The notes beneath the pieces were generated by a model. That model was not told where the DNA came from. It saw nothing but the letters and a program-made list of their open reading frames with translations, and searched no databases. From an uncultured Chloroflexia bacterium (lineage in GTDB: Bacteria; Chloroflexota; Limnocylindria; Limnocylindrales; CSP1-4): 64,000 nt of DNA. The stretch is taken from positions 1 through 64,000 of the forward strand of contig CAVYBU010000003.1 in NCBI GenBank assembly GCA_963766735.1, in the 5' to 3' direction. Of the stretch, positions 9,904 to 21,083 are shown piece by piece (positions within the stretch are counted from its first letter, which is position 1; each line of letters opens with the position of its first letter). A program made the translations under genes and the position numbers.

Positions 9904-11123
9904 GCCGCGTGGTGCCGGCGCGGCCAGCGAACCAGGAGCACGTCGAGGACCAGCTCCGGGCTGACGTTGCCCGCGACCAGCTCATCCGCCCGCACCAGGC
10001 GGGCGAGCATCGCCGCGGCCGCGTCCGGCGGCAGGTCCTGCGCCGCGGCCTCGATCTCCTCGATCAGCGCGATGTCCCGGATCGAGCCGGGCGCGCCGCG
10101 CTGCGCGAGCGCGAGGTCGTGTGCGATGGCGCGCCAGACATCCAGGAGCAGCAGGAGCGCCCTGCGGCGGGCGGCTGCCGGCGTCTTCCTGACAGGACCC
10201 TCGTCGGCGAGCTCCTCCGGCACGTCGTCGGCACCGTCACCACTGCCAGCGGCCGTGCCCTGTGCGGGCACGGCTGGCGCCATGCCGGGGACGCCGCGTC
10301 TCCGGGCTTCCTCGGGCGGCACCACGGCCGGCACCACGGCCGGCACGAGCAGCGCGTCGAGCTCCATCGCGCGGGCGATCAGCGGCCTTGCAGCAGCCAG
10401 GCGGCGGGACGGACCCTGCGCCAGCAGGTCAAGGAGCGTGCGAGTCAGCTCCCCACGGATGACCTCGGCGCCATCCGCGGCGGCGTACGCGACGGCCAGG
10501 CCCGGGCGGCCGCCGGTGAGGCGGGCGAGTCGGGCAGCGGTCGGGGCATCGGCCAGGCCCCGCTCCACCAGCAATCGCTCGATCTCCCGTACCCCGAGGA
10601 CCCCGAGGCGGATCCGGGCACACCGGGACCGGATCGTCGGGAGCAGCAGCTCCTCGTCGTCGGCACAGAGGATCACCGTCGTCCCGCTCAGTGGCTCCTC
10701 GAGCGTCTTGAGCAGGGCGGACTGGGCATCCTCGTTCGCACGGTGGGCATCACGGATGATCGCCACCCGCCCGCCGCCTTCCACGGGCAGCAACGAGAGC
10801 TCGGTCACGAGGTCCCGGACGCCACGCTGCTTCGCGCCGGGTCCGCCGATGACGACCTGGGCGCCGATCCCCTCGGGTCCCAGCCGGTGGAGGTCGGGGT
10901 GGTTGCCGTGCTCGACCATCCGGCACGTGCGGCACGTACGGCACGGTCGGCCTGCACCGGTCGCGCCTGTGCACAGCAAGCCGGCTGCCAGGTCCAGGGC
11001 GAGGGACACCTTGCCCACGGACGCAGGTCCGCTGATGAGAAGCGCGTGTGGGACGCGCGAGGCCAGCATCGCGTGGACGGCCGTCACCGCGGCCGGGTGG
11101 CCGACGGTCAGGAAGCCGTCCAC
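9900..11123 (-). CDS. holB: DNA polymerase III delta' subunit
   Basis: HALLISGP..VGK, zinc module C..C-RTC-RTC, HPD, SALLKTLEEP, LLPTIRSRC. Confidence 0.92.
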   Translation of the reverse strand: MDGFLTVGHPAAVTAVHAMLASRVPHALLISGPASVGKVSLALDLAAGLLCTGATGAGRPCRTCRTCRMVEHGNHPDLHRLGPEGIGAQVVIGGPGAKQRGVRDLVTELSLLPVEGGGRVAIIRDAHRANEDAQSALLKTLEEPLSGTTVILCADDEELLLPTIRSRCARIRLGVLGVREIERLLVERGLADAPTAARLARLTGGRPGLAVAYAAADGAEVIRGELTRTLLDLLAQGPSRRLAAARPLIARAMELDALLVPAVVPAVVPPEEARRRGVPGMAPAVPAQGTAAGSGDGADDVPEELADEGPVRKTPAAARRRALLLLLDVWRAIAHDLALAQRGAPGSIRDIALIEEIEAAAQDLPPDAAAAMLARLVRADELVAGNVSPELVLDVLLVRWPRRHHAA

Positions 11124-11149
11124 GTCGCTGGCGCTGGTTCTGCCCGGAC

Positions 11150-13336
11150 TCAGTCCTCGGCGGGCTGAGCGGCCGGCTTCCTGGTCGTCCGGCGCTTGGG
11201 GGCCGCGGTCCCGGCGGCAGGAGCCGTCTGGGCCGGAGCCTCAACTGCCGTGGCCGGAGCCTCGGCTGCCGCGGCCGGCTTGCGCGTGGTCCGGCGCTTG
11301 GGGGCCGGCTTGGCGACCGGCTCGGCCGGGGCCTCGGCGACCGGGGCCGGAGCCTCGGCTGCCGCGGCCGGCTTCCTGGTCGTCCGGCGCTTGGGGGCCG
11401 CGGTCCCGGCGGCAGGAGCCGTCTGGGCCGGAGCCTCAACTGCCGTGGCCGGAGCCTCGGCTGCCGCGGCCGGCTTGCGCGTGGTCCGGCGCTTGGGGGC
11501 CGGCTTGGCGACCGGCTCGGCCGGGGCCTCGGCGACCGGGGCCGGAGCCTCGGCTGCCGCGGCCGGCTTCCTGGTCGTCCGGCGCTTGGGGGCCGCGGTC
11601 CCGGCGGCAGGAGCCGTCTGGGCTGGAGCCTCAACTGGCCGGGCACGCTGCAGCTGCGCGCGAAGCATCTCTTCGAGCTCCGGCGGAACCTCGCTCCACT
11701 CCGCGCCGCCCGTGCGCGGCGCACGATCGATGCGATCCTGGCGCTCCGGCCGCGGGCCGCGCGGGGACTGCTGCCCACCGCGACCGCCCCGGCTGCCCTG
11801 GCTGCCCTGGCTGCCGCCTCCACCCTGACCGCCACTGCGACCGGGGGCAGGTTCGGCGAAGCGGTTCGTGCCGCCGCCGCGACCGCCACCGTAGCGCTCG
11901 CGCTCGATGGCCGACGTGTAGGCGCTGCGGCCACCACCACCGCGACCGCTGCGGCCACCACCGCCGCCCCGGCCACCCTGGCCGCGGCGCTGCTCGGTGA
12001 GCAGGTACTCCGGGATCGCCGGCTCCTCGAAGTCTTCCTCATCGTCGGGGAGCGGCGCCAGTTTGGCGGCCGGCAGTGCGACCGGGGTCCCGGGCTGGCG
12101 GTCCCACACGGAACCGAACGGCGTGGACCGCGGGGAACGCGGCGGGGCCGAGAGTGCCTCCAGGTCGTCGAACGGTGTCGGCAGGTCGCCGGACGGGGTT
12201 CGGGACCGACCGCCACGTGCCGGCCGCTCCGGGGGCGCGGTGGCCGCGACGGCCTCGCCCTGCTCGACGTCATCGGCCTCTTCGACCTGGGCGTCCGCGA
12301 CGCCCTCGATCTCCTGGCCTTCGACATCCGCGACCGCGTCGACACCGCCGGCCTCGACCGGCTCACCGCCCTCGACCGACTGGTCGTCGCGACGGCCCCG
12401 GCCACGGCCACGGCCACCACGGCGACGGCGCCGGCGGCGGCCATCGCCCTCACCCTCGCCTTCGCCCTGGAGATCCTCGCCCGGGACGACCTCACCCGCG
12501 GCAATCTCGAGACCTTCCTCGAGCTCCGGAGCGTCCTCGACAGGCGCAGCGGCGGCCCGGGACAGCTTCTCGCCGGGCAAGGCCACGAGCCCGACGGTCG
12601 AGATGCCGATCGGGGCGACAACCGCCTCGCGACCCGGCTCACGACCGGAGTCGCGAGCGGAGTCTCGACCGCGGTCCCGCCCCGAGGACGAGCGCCCGCC
12701 GCGCGAGCCGCTGGCATAGCCGCCCTCTCGATCGGACCGGTCGCGACCGCGACCGCGACCGCGACCGCGACCCGAGCCTTCCGACAGCTTGTCCGGGACC
12801 TCGGTCATCGACAGGTCCTCGTCGTCGCCTGCGACGCGGCGCCCGGAGACCGTGGATCCCCTGTCAACCTTGGCGATGTGGATGATGTCGGTGAACAGGT
12901 CCGCGACCTCGATCAGGTCGGAGGACGTGTTGCCGCGGAAGCTGACCACCTCGACGCGGACGCCCATCTCCTGGACGGCGCGGATGGCTGACGCGAAGTC
13001 CCCGTCGCCCGACACGATGACGGCGACGTCCAGGTTGCGCGCGGTCTTCATCAGGTCCACGACGAGCTCGATGTCGAGGTTCGCCTTGACCTTGCCGTCG
13101 CCGTACTTCCGGATGTCCTTGCTGACGACCTTGTACTGGTGCCGCGCGAGGAACTGGTGGAAGTTGCGCTGGTTCTCATTGTCCGGGTCCAGCCCGGTGT
13201 AGGCATACGCGCGGACGAAGTCTCGTCCGGCGGTGACCGACTTCAGCAGGGTGACATAGTCGATATCCACGCCGGCCGCCTTGGCCGCGTAGAAGACATT
13301 CGCCACGTCCACGAAGACGGCGACGTTCTTCCCCAC
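11150..13336 (-). CDS. NYN (LabA/DUF88, PIN-like) RNase domain with a very long disordered C-terminal tail
   Basis: VFVDVAN, KANLDIELVVD, SGDGDF in the first ~160 aa; the rest is low-complexity R/G/E/P/A. Confidence 0.9.
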   Translation of the reverse strand: MGKNVAVFVDVANVFYAAKAAGVDIDYVTLLKSVTAGRDFVRAYAYTGLDPDNENQRNFHQFLARHQYKVVSKDIRKYGDGKVKANLDIELVVDLMKTARNLDVAVIVSGDGDFASAIRAVQEMGVRVEVVSFRGNTSSDLIEVADLFTDIIHIAKVDRGSTVSGRRVAGDDEDLSMTEVPDKLSEGSGRGRGRGRGRDRSDREGGYASGSRGGRSSSGRDRGRDSARDSGREPGREAVVAPIGISTVGLVALPGEKLSRAAAAPVEDAPELEEGLEIAAGEVVPGEDLQGEGEGEGDGRRRRRRRGGRGRGRGRRDDQSVEGGEPVEAGGVDAVADVEGQEIEGVADAQVEEADDVEQGEAVAATAPPERPARGGRSRTPSGDLPTPFDDLEALSAPPRSPRSTPFGSVWDRQPGTPVALPAAKLAPLPDDEEDFEEPAIPEYLLTEQRRGQGGRGGGGGRSGRGGGGRSAYTSAIERERYGGGRGGGTNRFAEPAPGRSGGQGGGGSQGSQGSRGGRGGQQSPRGPRPERQDRIDRAPRTGGAEWSEVPPELEEMLRAQLQRARPVEAPAQTAPAAGTAAPKRRTTRKPAAAAEAPAPVAEAPAEPVAKPAPKRRTTRKPAAAAEAPATAVEAPAQTAPAAGTAAPKRRTTRKPAAAAEAPAPVAEAPAEPVAKPAPKRRTTRKPAAAAEAPATAVEAPAQTAPAAGTAAPKRRTTRKPAAQPAED
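11170..11637. repeat. Near-perfect 195-bp tandem repeat (~2.4 copies) encoding 65-aa units with PKRRTTRKP
   Basis: GCTTCCTGGTCGTCC recurs at 11176, 11371 and 11566. Confidence 0.93.
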
Positions 13337-13392
13337 GTTGACTCCTAATGTGTTCGGGCGTGACCCGGACCTCGTCCGGCCCGCCCGGGGCG

Positions 13393-13842
13393 CTATGGGC
13401 GGCGGGCTGCCGCCAGGGGTCGCCGGAGCATGGGTCCGGCACTGGTGAACCCGGCGCGCTCGAAGCGCGCGAGGTCCACGGGATCTTCAGGCTGGGTCAT
13501 CTCGACCACTGTGCAACCCTTGTTGCCGGCCGAGCGGAGCAACTCCTCGAGCAGGGCGTTCGTCACGCGATTCGCGTCATGGTCCGGGGCGACGACCAGC
13601 AGGTCGACCGTGCCCACGTAGCCGCCGGCGATGACCGACGGACGCAGCACGAGGAGCGCCCCGCCCGCGATCTCCCGTCGCACCTCGGCGACGAGCACGC
13701 TCGCGTTGGGCAGGTAGACGAGCTGGCGAAGAAGGTCCGCGGCGTCGAGCGACCCGCGGTCGGATCCCCGCATCGCAGACCGGCCGAGCGCGGCCAGACG
13801 GTCGATGTCGGTGATGCGAGCCTGGCGGATCAGGTACTCCAC
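13393..13842 (-). CDS. GNAT-family acetyltransferase-like protein
   Basis: IRQARITD, LVAEV..EIAG, VDLLVVAPD, FERAGF; motif A is atypical. Confidence 0.75.
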   Translation of the reverse strand: MEYLIRQARITDIDRLAALGRSAMRGSDRGSLDAADLLRQLVYLPNASVLVAEVRREIAGGALLVLRPSVIAGGYVGTVDLLVVAPDHDANRVTNALLEELLRSAGNKGCTVVEMTQPEDPVDLARFERAGFTSAGPMLRRPLAAARRP

Positions 13843-14018
13843 GCCCAGCACGTACCTCGTACAGTGAGCGACCAATGCGCGAGCAGCCGGGCCGAACGGG
13901 TCCGGACGGGCGGCCCCGCGCCTGGGCCGCGATAACGGGTGCCCGGGAGGCGAGCGACACGAGGCTCGAACAGCCGTCCCGAAGCGGAGGGTCAGGTTTC
14001 AGGCCGCGAATCGCGGAC

Positions 14019-14046
14019 TTGCATCCCTGACTCCAGCGCCTATGAT
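14019..14046 (+). promoter_or_regulatory. Sigma70-type promoter of the liv operon
   Basis: TTGCAT-N16-TATGAT. Confidence 0.6.
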
Positions 14047-14211
14047 ACGGCATCGCTCCGGGATTCCATGTCCCGGGGTGCATTTGGTCCCTCGTCCCGT
14101 GCCGCCATCACCGCCGCGCCGATGCGTTCCTCGGCCACCTAGGGATGACGTCATGGTCCGCGAGCAACGAAAAGCCGCGGGCATCGACGAGGGGAATTGG
14201 AGGAGGAGCTC

Positions 14212-15504
14212 ATGAAGTTCGCACGCGTGGGCGTTGCCATTGCGGCCGCGGCCATCGTCGTCTCGGCCTGCGGGTCGAGCAGCGCTACCACAGCACCGGC
14301 GGCTACGGCCGCGCCGGACGCCACCGCAGCACCGGCCGCCACGGATGCCATGACACCCGTCGAGGATCCGCTCGGCGTCGTGGAGATCCCGGCCGGGGAG
14401 CCGCTTCACATCGCGTTCTGGGGCGTGCTGTCCGGCGCCGACTCGTCGCTGGGCGAGGATTCCAAGCAGGGCGTCGAGATCGCCATCGACGACATTGGTG
14501 GCTCGATCAAGGGCCACGACATCCGTCTGACCACTGAAGACGCCCTCTGCACCCCGGACGGCGGCGCGACCGCGGGGCAGAAGCTCGCGGCCGACAGCAC
14601 GATCGTCGGGCTCGTCGGCTCATCCTGCTCGGACGAGGCCGTCGGTGGCATCGCCAGCATCACCGCGGCCGGCCTGACGACGATCTCGCCGTCCAACACC
14701 CGGCCGGCGCTGACCGATCCCAACCGTGACGCCACCTACGCGGGCTACCTGCGCACGGCGCACAGCGACGCGTTCCAGGGCAAGGCCGCGGCCGAGTTTG
14801 TGTTCAACGAGCTCAAGCTGACCAAGGCCGCCACCATCCACGATGGCAGCACCTACGCCGAGGCCCTCCAGGGCGTCTTCGTCGAGGAGTTCCAGAAGCT
14901 CGGTGGCACGATCACGTCCCAGGAGGCCGTCACCAAGGAGACGACGGACATGAGCGCGGTGCTCAAGACCGTCGCCGCCAGCGGGCCGGAGGTCATCTAC
15001 TTCCCGGTGTTCGTCGCCGCCGCAGGCTTCCTGAAGGCCCAGATCCCGACCGTCAGCGGCCTTGAGAACGTCGTGACCATGGGCGCGGACGGCCACTTCT
15101 CCCCTGACTTCCTGAAGGCCGCCGGCAATGCCGCCGTGGGCCACTACCTGTCCAGCCCGAACTTCGGCGCCTTCGGCGCCGGCTATGCCGACCTCCTCGC
15201 CAAGCGCGAGGCCAAGTTCGGCGGCACGCCGCTGAGCGTCTTCCACGCCCATGGCTACGATGCCGCGAACATCCTGTTCGCTGCCCTCGAGAAGGTGGCT
15301 GTGGAGAATGCGGACGGCTCGCTGTCGGTCCCGAAGGGCGCCCTGCGGGACGCTATCTACGCGACCAAGGACTTCCCGGGCATCACCGGCACCCTGACCT
15401 GCACCGAGTTCGGTGACTGCGGCGCCCCGGTCATCGGGGTCTACCAGATCACCCAGGAGAACGTCGACGCGCTCACGATGCCGTCGGCCGTCATCTGGCC
15501 GTAG
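14212..15504 (+). CDS. livK: Branched-chain amino acid ABC transporter substrate-binding lipoprotein
   Basis: Lipobox VSAC; GSSCS, SPSNT, HGYDAA; strong GGAGGAGG RBS. Confidence 0.9.
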   Translation: MKFARVGVAIAAAAIVVSACGSSSATTAPAATAAPDATAAPAATDAMTPVEDPLGVVEIPAGEPLHIAFWGVLSGADSSLGEDSKQGVEIAIDDIGGSIKGHDIRLTTEDALCTPDGGATAGQKLAADSTIVGLVGSSCSDEAVGGIASITAAGLTTISPSNTRPALTDPNRDATYAGYLRTAHSDAFQGKAAAEFVFNELKLTKAATIHDGSTYAEALQGVFVEEFQKLGGTITSQEAVTKETTDMSAVLKTVAASGPEVIYFPVFVAAAGFLKAQIPTVSGLENVVTMGADGHFSPDFLKAAGNAAVGHYLSSPNFGAFGAGYADLLAKREAKFGGTPLSVFHAHGYDAANILFAALEKVAVENADGSLSVPKGALRDAIYATKDFPGITGTLTCTEFGDCGAPVIGVYQITQENVDALTMPSAVIWP

Positions 15505-15612
15505 TCGCTCGACCGGTGCCCTCTCGCTGAGAGCACCTTCCAGCCGCCGGGACGCGTGGGCACCGCCCACCCGTCCCGGCGGCTCCACCCGTCACCTGCC
15601 GGAGACCATCCG

Positions 15613-16685
<1,073 letters not shown>

Positions 16686-16689
<4 letters not shown>

Positions 16690-18437
16690 GCGCGTCAACG
16701 ATCCCGATGACGGGCATGACCGAGGCAGCCCCGAGCCCCTGGCACCTGCGGGCCCTCCTTCGGGCCGGTGTGCTCGGGGGGATCATCGCGATCTACCTGT
16801 GCCTGGTGGGCATCGTGCCGGTCTTCGCGGACCGACCGCTGATCATCGGCGTCGTCGAGCTCGGCCAGGCTGCCCTGCTCATCGCGTTCGGCGCTGTGGG
16901 CTACCTGGCCGCTCGCGGCCAAGTGGGGGTCTCCCGCCTCCGGGCCGTCGTGGCCGGAACGGTCGTCGGCGCGATCACCGGGGCCTTCCTGACCGGACTC
17001 GTCCTCGTGGGTTCGGTCGTGGATCTGCGGGCCGTCTTCCTCAATGCCTCGCCGGAGCTCTACACCCTGCTGACCAACGGCCAGGGGACAGAATGGGCCT
17101 GGTTCCCGATCGTGGTCGGCGCGATCACCGGCGGCCTGGCAGGCGTCCTGGCCGGGGTGCCCGCCGGGCTGCGCTCGCTGCTGCTGTGGGGCCTGGGATC
17201 GCTGGTCTTCTTCGGCCTCTTCGCAGGGCTGCTGCGAACGCCGATGCTCGTGACCCCTCTGTCCGACCTGGCCCGCTTCCTGCTGGCGCCGGACGGCCTG
17301 ACCGTCCCCGGCGCGATCCTCGTGTTCTTCGGGACCATCGCGATCCTCGCCATCGTCCGGAAGACGAAGCCCAAGCAGCGCGTGGACGCGCTGCCGCCGG
17401 CCCAGCGTCGCCTGATCGTCGGGCCGGTGGCGATCCTGGTCCTCGCCGTGATCCTGCTCTTCCCGCTCGCGATGGGTCCGTTCTTCGCGCAGGTCATCGC
17501 GACCGTGGCCCTGTTCATCCTGCTGGGCCTGGGCCTGAACATCACCCTGGGGCTGGCCGGCCTGCTGGACCTGGGCTTCGTCGCGTTCTATGCGGTGGGC
17601 GCGTATACCGTCGCCCTGCTGACCTCGACCGGCGAACTGGGCATCGCCAGCCTGACGTTCTGGCAGGCCGTCCCGTTCGCGGTCATCTTCTCCATGGGCT
17701 TCGCGATCTTCCTCGGCCTGCCCATCCTGGGCATCCGCGGCGACTACCTGGCGATCGCCACCCTGGGTTTCGGCGAGATCATCCGCATCCTCGTCGGATC
17801 GGACCTGTTCAAGGCGAGCCTGGGTGGACCACAGGGGATCCTCAACATCCCCAAGCCCATCGAGGTCGCGACCACCCACTGGCTCGCCGGACCCATGCAG
17901 ATCTACTACCTCGCCCTGGCCTTCGCCGCGGTCGTCGCATTCGCGGCCTGGCGCCTCCGTTCCTCGCGGATGGGACGGTCGTGGATGGCCATCCGCGAGG
18001 ACGAGGACGTGGCCGAGGGGATGGGCGTCAACCTCGTCCAGACGAAGCTGCTGGCCTACATGCTGGGCGGCGCCTTCGCCGGCCTCGCCGGCGCCATCTC
18101 GGTCGCGCTGATCGGGTCCGTCTTCCCCACCAGCATCCAGCTCCAGCTGTCGATCAACGTCGTCGCCATCGTGGTCGTGGGCGGCATGGGCAGCATTCCG
18201 GGTGTCGTCCTGGGAGCGCTGGTCCTCATCGGCCTGCCGGAGCTGTTCCGCGAGTTCTCGGACTACCGCCTCCTGTTCTATGGCATCGCCCTGATGGGCG
18301 TCATGATCTACCGGCCCGAGGGACTGCTGCCCTCGAGGATCGCCAAGCGCGAGCTGCACACCGCGGACGAGCTCGCCGGGATGGACGACACGAAGCTGCT
18401 CGCACGGGAAGAGATCACACAGAGGTCCGCGCAATGA
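16686..18437 (+). CDS. livM: Branched-chain amino acid ABC permease with extended N-terminal membrane domain
   Basis: GLAGLLDLGFVAFYAVGAY, RGDYLAIATLGFGEIIR, AIREDE. Confidence 0.93.
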
Positions 18438-19279
18438 TCCTGCTCAAAGCGGACCGGGTGACCAAGCGATTCGGTGGACTGACCGCGGTCAGCACGTTGG
18501 ACTTCGAGCTCGAGGAGGGTTCGATCGCCAGCGTCATCGGTCCCAACGGGGCCGGCAAGACGACGTTCTTCAACTGCCTGACCGGGTTCTTCCACGTGGA
18601 CGAGGGCACGATCACCTTCGCCGGTGAGCCAATCCACGCCCTTCGCCCGGACGAGGTTGCCCACTTCGGGATCTCGCGGACCTACCAGAACATCCGGCTG
18701 TTCAACAGCATGACGGCCCTGGAGAACATCCTGGTCGGCCAGCACAACCACCTGCGCGCCTCCTGGATGGGCGCCATCCTCCGGACGCGGTCACAGCGCC
18801 GGGAAGAGGCGGCGGCCCACGAAGAGGCGCAGCGGCTGCTGGAGTTCGTGGGGCTCAAGGGCCGCGGGGACTATCTCGCCGTGAAGCTCCCGTACGGGGA
18901 CCAGCGTCGGTTGGAGGTGGCCCGCGCCCTCGCCAACACGCCGCGCCTGCTCCTCCTCGACGAGCCGACGGCCGGGATGAACCCCGCCGAGACCCTCCAG
19001 ATGACCGACTTCTTCCGCAAGCTTCGAAGCGAGCTGGGGATCACCATCCTGCTCATCGAGCACGAGATGCGCGTGGTCATGGGGATCTCCGACAGGGTCA
19101 CGGTGCTGGACTACGGCCAGAAGATCGCCGAGGGGACGCCCAAGGAGATCCAGCGGGATCCTCGGGTCATCGAGGCCTATCTCGGCCGCGATGGGGCAGC
19201 CGAGGCGGTCGCAGCCAGGGAGGCCGACAGCACGGCAGCGGGATATGGCAACGGTGCCACCACGGCGGAGACCTCATGA
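18434..19279 (+). CDS. livG: Branched-chain amino acid ABC ATPase
   Basis: GPNGAGKTT, RTYQNIRLF, LPYGDQRRLE, LLLDEPTAGMN, VIEAYLG. Confidence 0.95.
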   Translation: MILLKADRVTKRFGGLTAVSTLDFELEEGSIASVIGPNGAGKTTFFNCLTGFFHVDEGTITFAGEPIHALRPDEVAHFGISRTYQNIRLFNSMTALENILVGQHNHLRASWMGAILRTRSQRREEAAAHEEAQRLLEFVGLKGRGDYLAVKLPYGDQRRLEVARALANTPRLLLLDEPTAGMNPAETLQMTDFFRKLRSELGITILLIEHEMRVVMGISDRVTVLDYGQKIAEGTPKEIQRDPRVIEAYLGRDGAAEAVAAREADSTAAGYGNGATTAETS

Positions 19280-19998
19280 GCACGCCCGTCGTCCTGTCCG
19301 TCACGGACGTCCACACCTTCTACGGCAGCATCCACGCCCTGCGTGGGATCTCGCTGGACGTGGGGCAGGGGGAGGTCGTCGCCCTGATCGGTGGCAACGG
19401 CGCCGGCAAGAGCACGACGCTCAACACGATCAGCGGCATCGTTCCTATGCGAAGCGGCCGGATCGAGTTGAACGGCGAGGACCTGGCCAAGTTCCCAGCC
19501 CACGAGATCACGGCGAAGGGCATCGGCCAGGTCCCGGAGGGCCGCCGGATCTTCGCCCGGCTGACCGTGTTCGAGAACCTCAAGATGGGCGCCTACGTCG
19601 TGTCCGACAAGGCGGTCATCGCCCAGCGGATCGACACGGCCTTCGAGATGTTCCCGCGCCTCAAGGAGCGCCAGGGCCAGGTCGCCGGGACCCTCAGCGG
19701 CGGCGAGCAGCAGATGCTGGCGATGAGCCGCGCCCTGATGTCGGACCCCAAGGTCCTGCTGATGGACGAGCCCTCGATGGGCCTGGCGCCGCTCCTGGTG
19801 GACCAGATCTTCGACAAGATCGCCGAGCTGCACGCTCGGGGCATCACGATCCTGCTCGTCGAGCAGAACGCCCGGAAGGCCCTCCAGATCGCGAACCGCG
19901 GCTACGTCATCGAGACGGGCAGCATCGTCCTCAGCGCGCCGGCCGAGGACCTGCGCGAGAACGAAGCAGTCAAGAAGGCCTACCTCGGCATCGACTGA
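19276..19998 (+). CDS. livF: Branched-chain amino acid ABC ATPase
   Basis: GGNGAGKST, VPEGRRIF, LSGGEQQM, MDEPSMGLAP. Confidence 0.95.
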   Translation: MSTPVVLSVTDVHTFYGSIHALRGISLDVGQGEVVALIGGNGAGKSTTLNTISGIVPMRSGRIELNGEDLAKFPAHEITAKGIGQVPEGRRIFARLTVFENLKMGAYVVSDKAVIAQRIDTAFEMFPRLKERQGQVAGTLSGGEQQMLAMSRALMSDPKVLLMDEPSMGLAPLLVDQIFDKIAELHARGITILLVEQNARKALQIANRGYVIETGSIVLSAPAEDLRENEAVKKAYLGID

Positions 19999-20006
19999 CG
20001 CGATTT

Positions 20007-20426
20007 TCAGCGCCGCGGCGGCTCCAGCGCGATGTCATACGCGGCACGGGCCATGATGATCGACCCGACCGCGGCGATCCAGAAGCCGTACGCGCGATCC
20101 GGGAGCAGGCCCTCTGGCACCTCCAGCAGGCCGGGCACCCACAGCACGACCCCGGCGATCGCCAGTCCCGCAAGCAGGCCGAAGGCGATCCCGCGGTCCA
20201 CGCCGACTGGCCGGCCGCCCGCGGCGTAGGGCAGGGCGATCAGCGCGATCGTCGCCAGTGCGGCCAGGAACGACGCGATCCCGGTCCCATCGAAGGCGCG
20301 GTAGACGGTCGCAGGGAGCCCGCCGTCGCCGCCCACGGTGTACCAGGGCAGCAGGCAGCCCACCAGCAGCACGATGGCGCCCAGGAACGCGAGGCGGCGG
20401 CCGTTGCCAAGGGGGCGTCGGTGCAT
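20007..20426 (-). CDS. Small membrane hypothetical protein (4 TM)
   Basis: Hydrophobic segments, LLPWY motif; coupled to the hpt stop. Confidence 0.75.
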   Translation of the reverse strand: MHRRPLGNGRRLAFLGAIVLLVGCLLPWYTVGGDGGLPATVYRAFDGTGIASFLAALATIALIALPYAAGGRPVGVDRGIAFGLLAGLAIAGVVLWVPGLLEVPEGLLPDRAYGFWIAAVGSIIMARAAYDIALEPPRR

Positions 20427-20992
20427 CAGTCGGGCGCGCCGTAGACCGTGGGGCGGAGCACGCCCACGAAGCGCAGGTTGCGATAGCGCTCGCCGAAGTC
20501 CAGCCCGTACCCGACCACGAACTGGTCCGGGATCTCGAACCCGACGTAGTCCACGGGGATCTCGACCAGCCGCCGGGCGGGCTTGTCCAGCAGCGTGCAG
20601 ATCCGGAGCGATGCCGGGTTCTTGCCGCGCAGGTAGCGGATCAGGTAGTTGAGCGTGAGCCCGGTGTCGATGATGTCCTCGACCAGGAGAACATCCTCGT
20701 CGGCGATGCTCGCGGAGAGGTCCTTCATGATCCGGACGAGCCCGGACGATTCCGTGGCAGTGCCACCGTAGGAGCTGACCTCCATGAGGTCGATCCGCAG
20801 CGGGAGCGGGATCTGGCGCATCAGGTCCGCCATGAACGGCAGGGATCCCTTGAGCACGCTCACGAGCGTGAGACTGCGCCCGGCGTAGTCCTCGCCGATC
20901 CGGCGGCCCAGCTCGGCCACCTTGGCGGCAATCACCTCTTCGCTCAGCAGGATTTCCCCGATGTCGGCCTGGAGATCGGCGGTGCGGGTCAT
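20426..20992 (-). CDS. hpt: Hypoxanthine phosphoribosyltransferase
   Basis: VLKGSLPFMADL, VSSYG, VLLVEDIIDTGLTL, FVVGYGLD. Confidence 0.96.
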   Translation of the reverse strand: MTRTADLQADIGEILLSEEVIAAKVAELGRRIGEDYAGRSLTLVSVLKGSLPFMADLMRQIPLPLRIDLMEVSSYGGTATESSGLVRIMKDLSASIADEDVLLVEDIIDTGLTLNYLIRYLRGKNPASLRICTLLDKPARRLVEIPVDYVGFEIPDQFVVGYGLDFGERYRNLRFVGVLRPTVYGAPD

Positions 20993-21083
20993 GGGCGGGT
21001 CGACGGTGCCTCCACGTGCATCTGGACGGGGTACTGGGCGATGATCGCGCGTCCGGGCGTCCGGCGCACGGCGAGTCGGCCGT

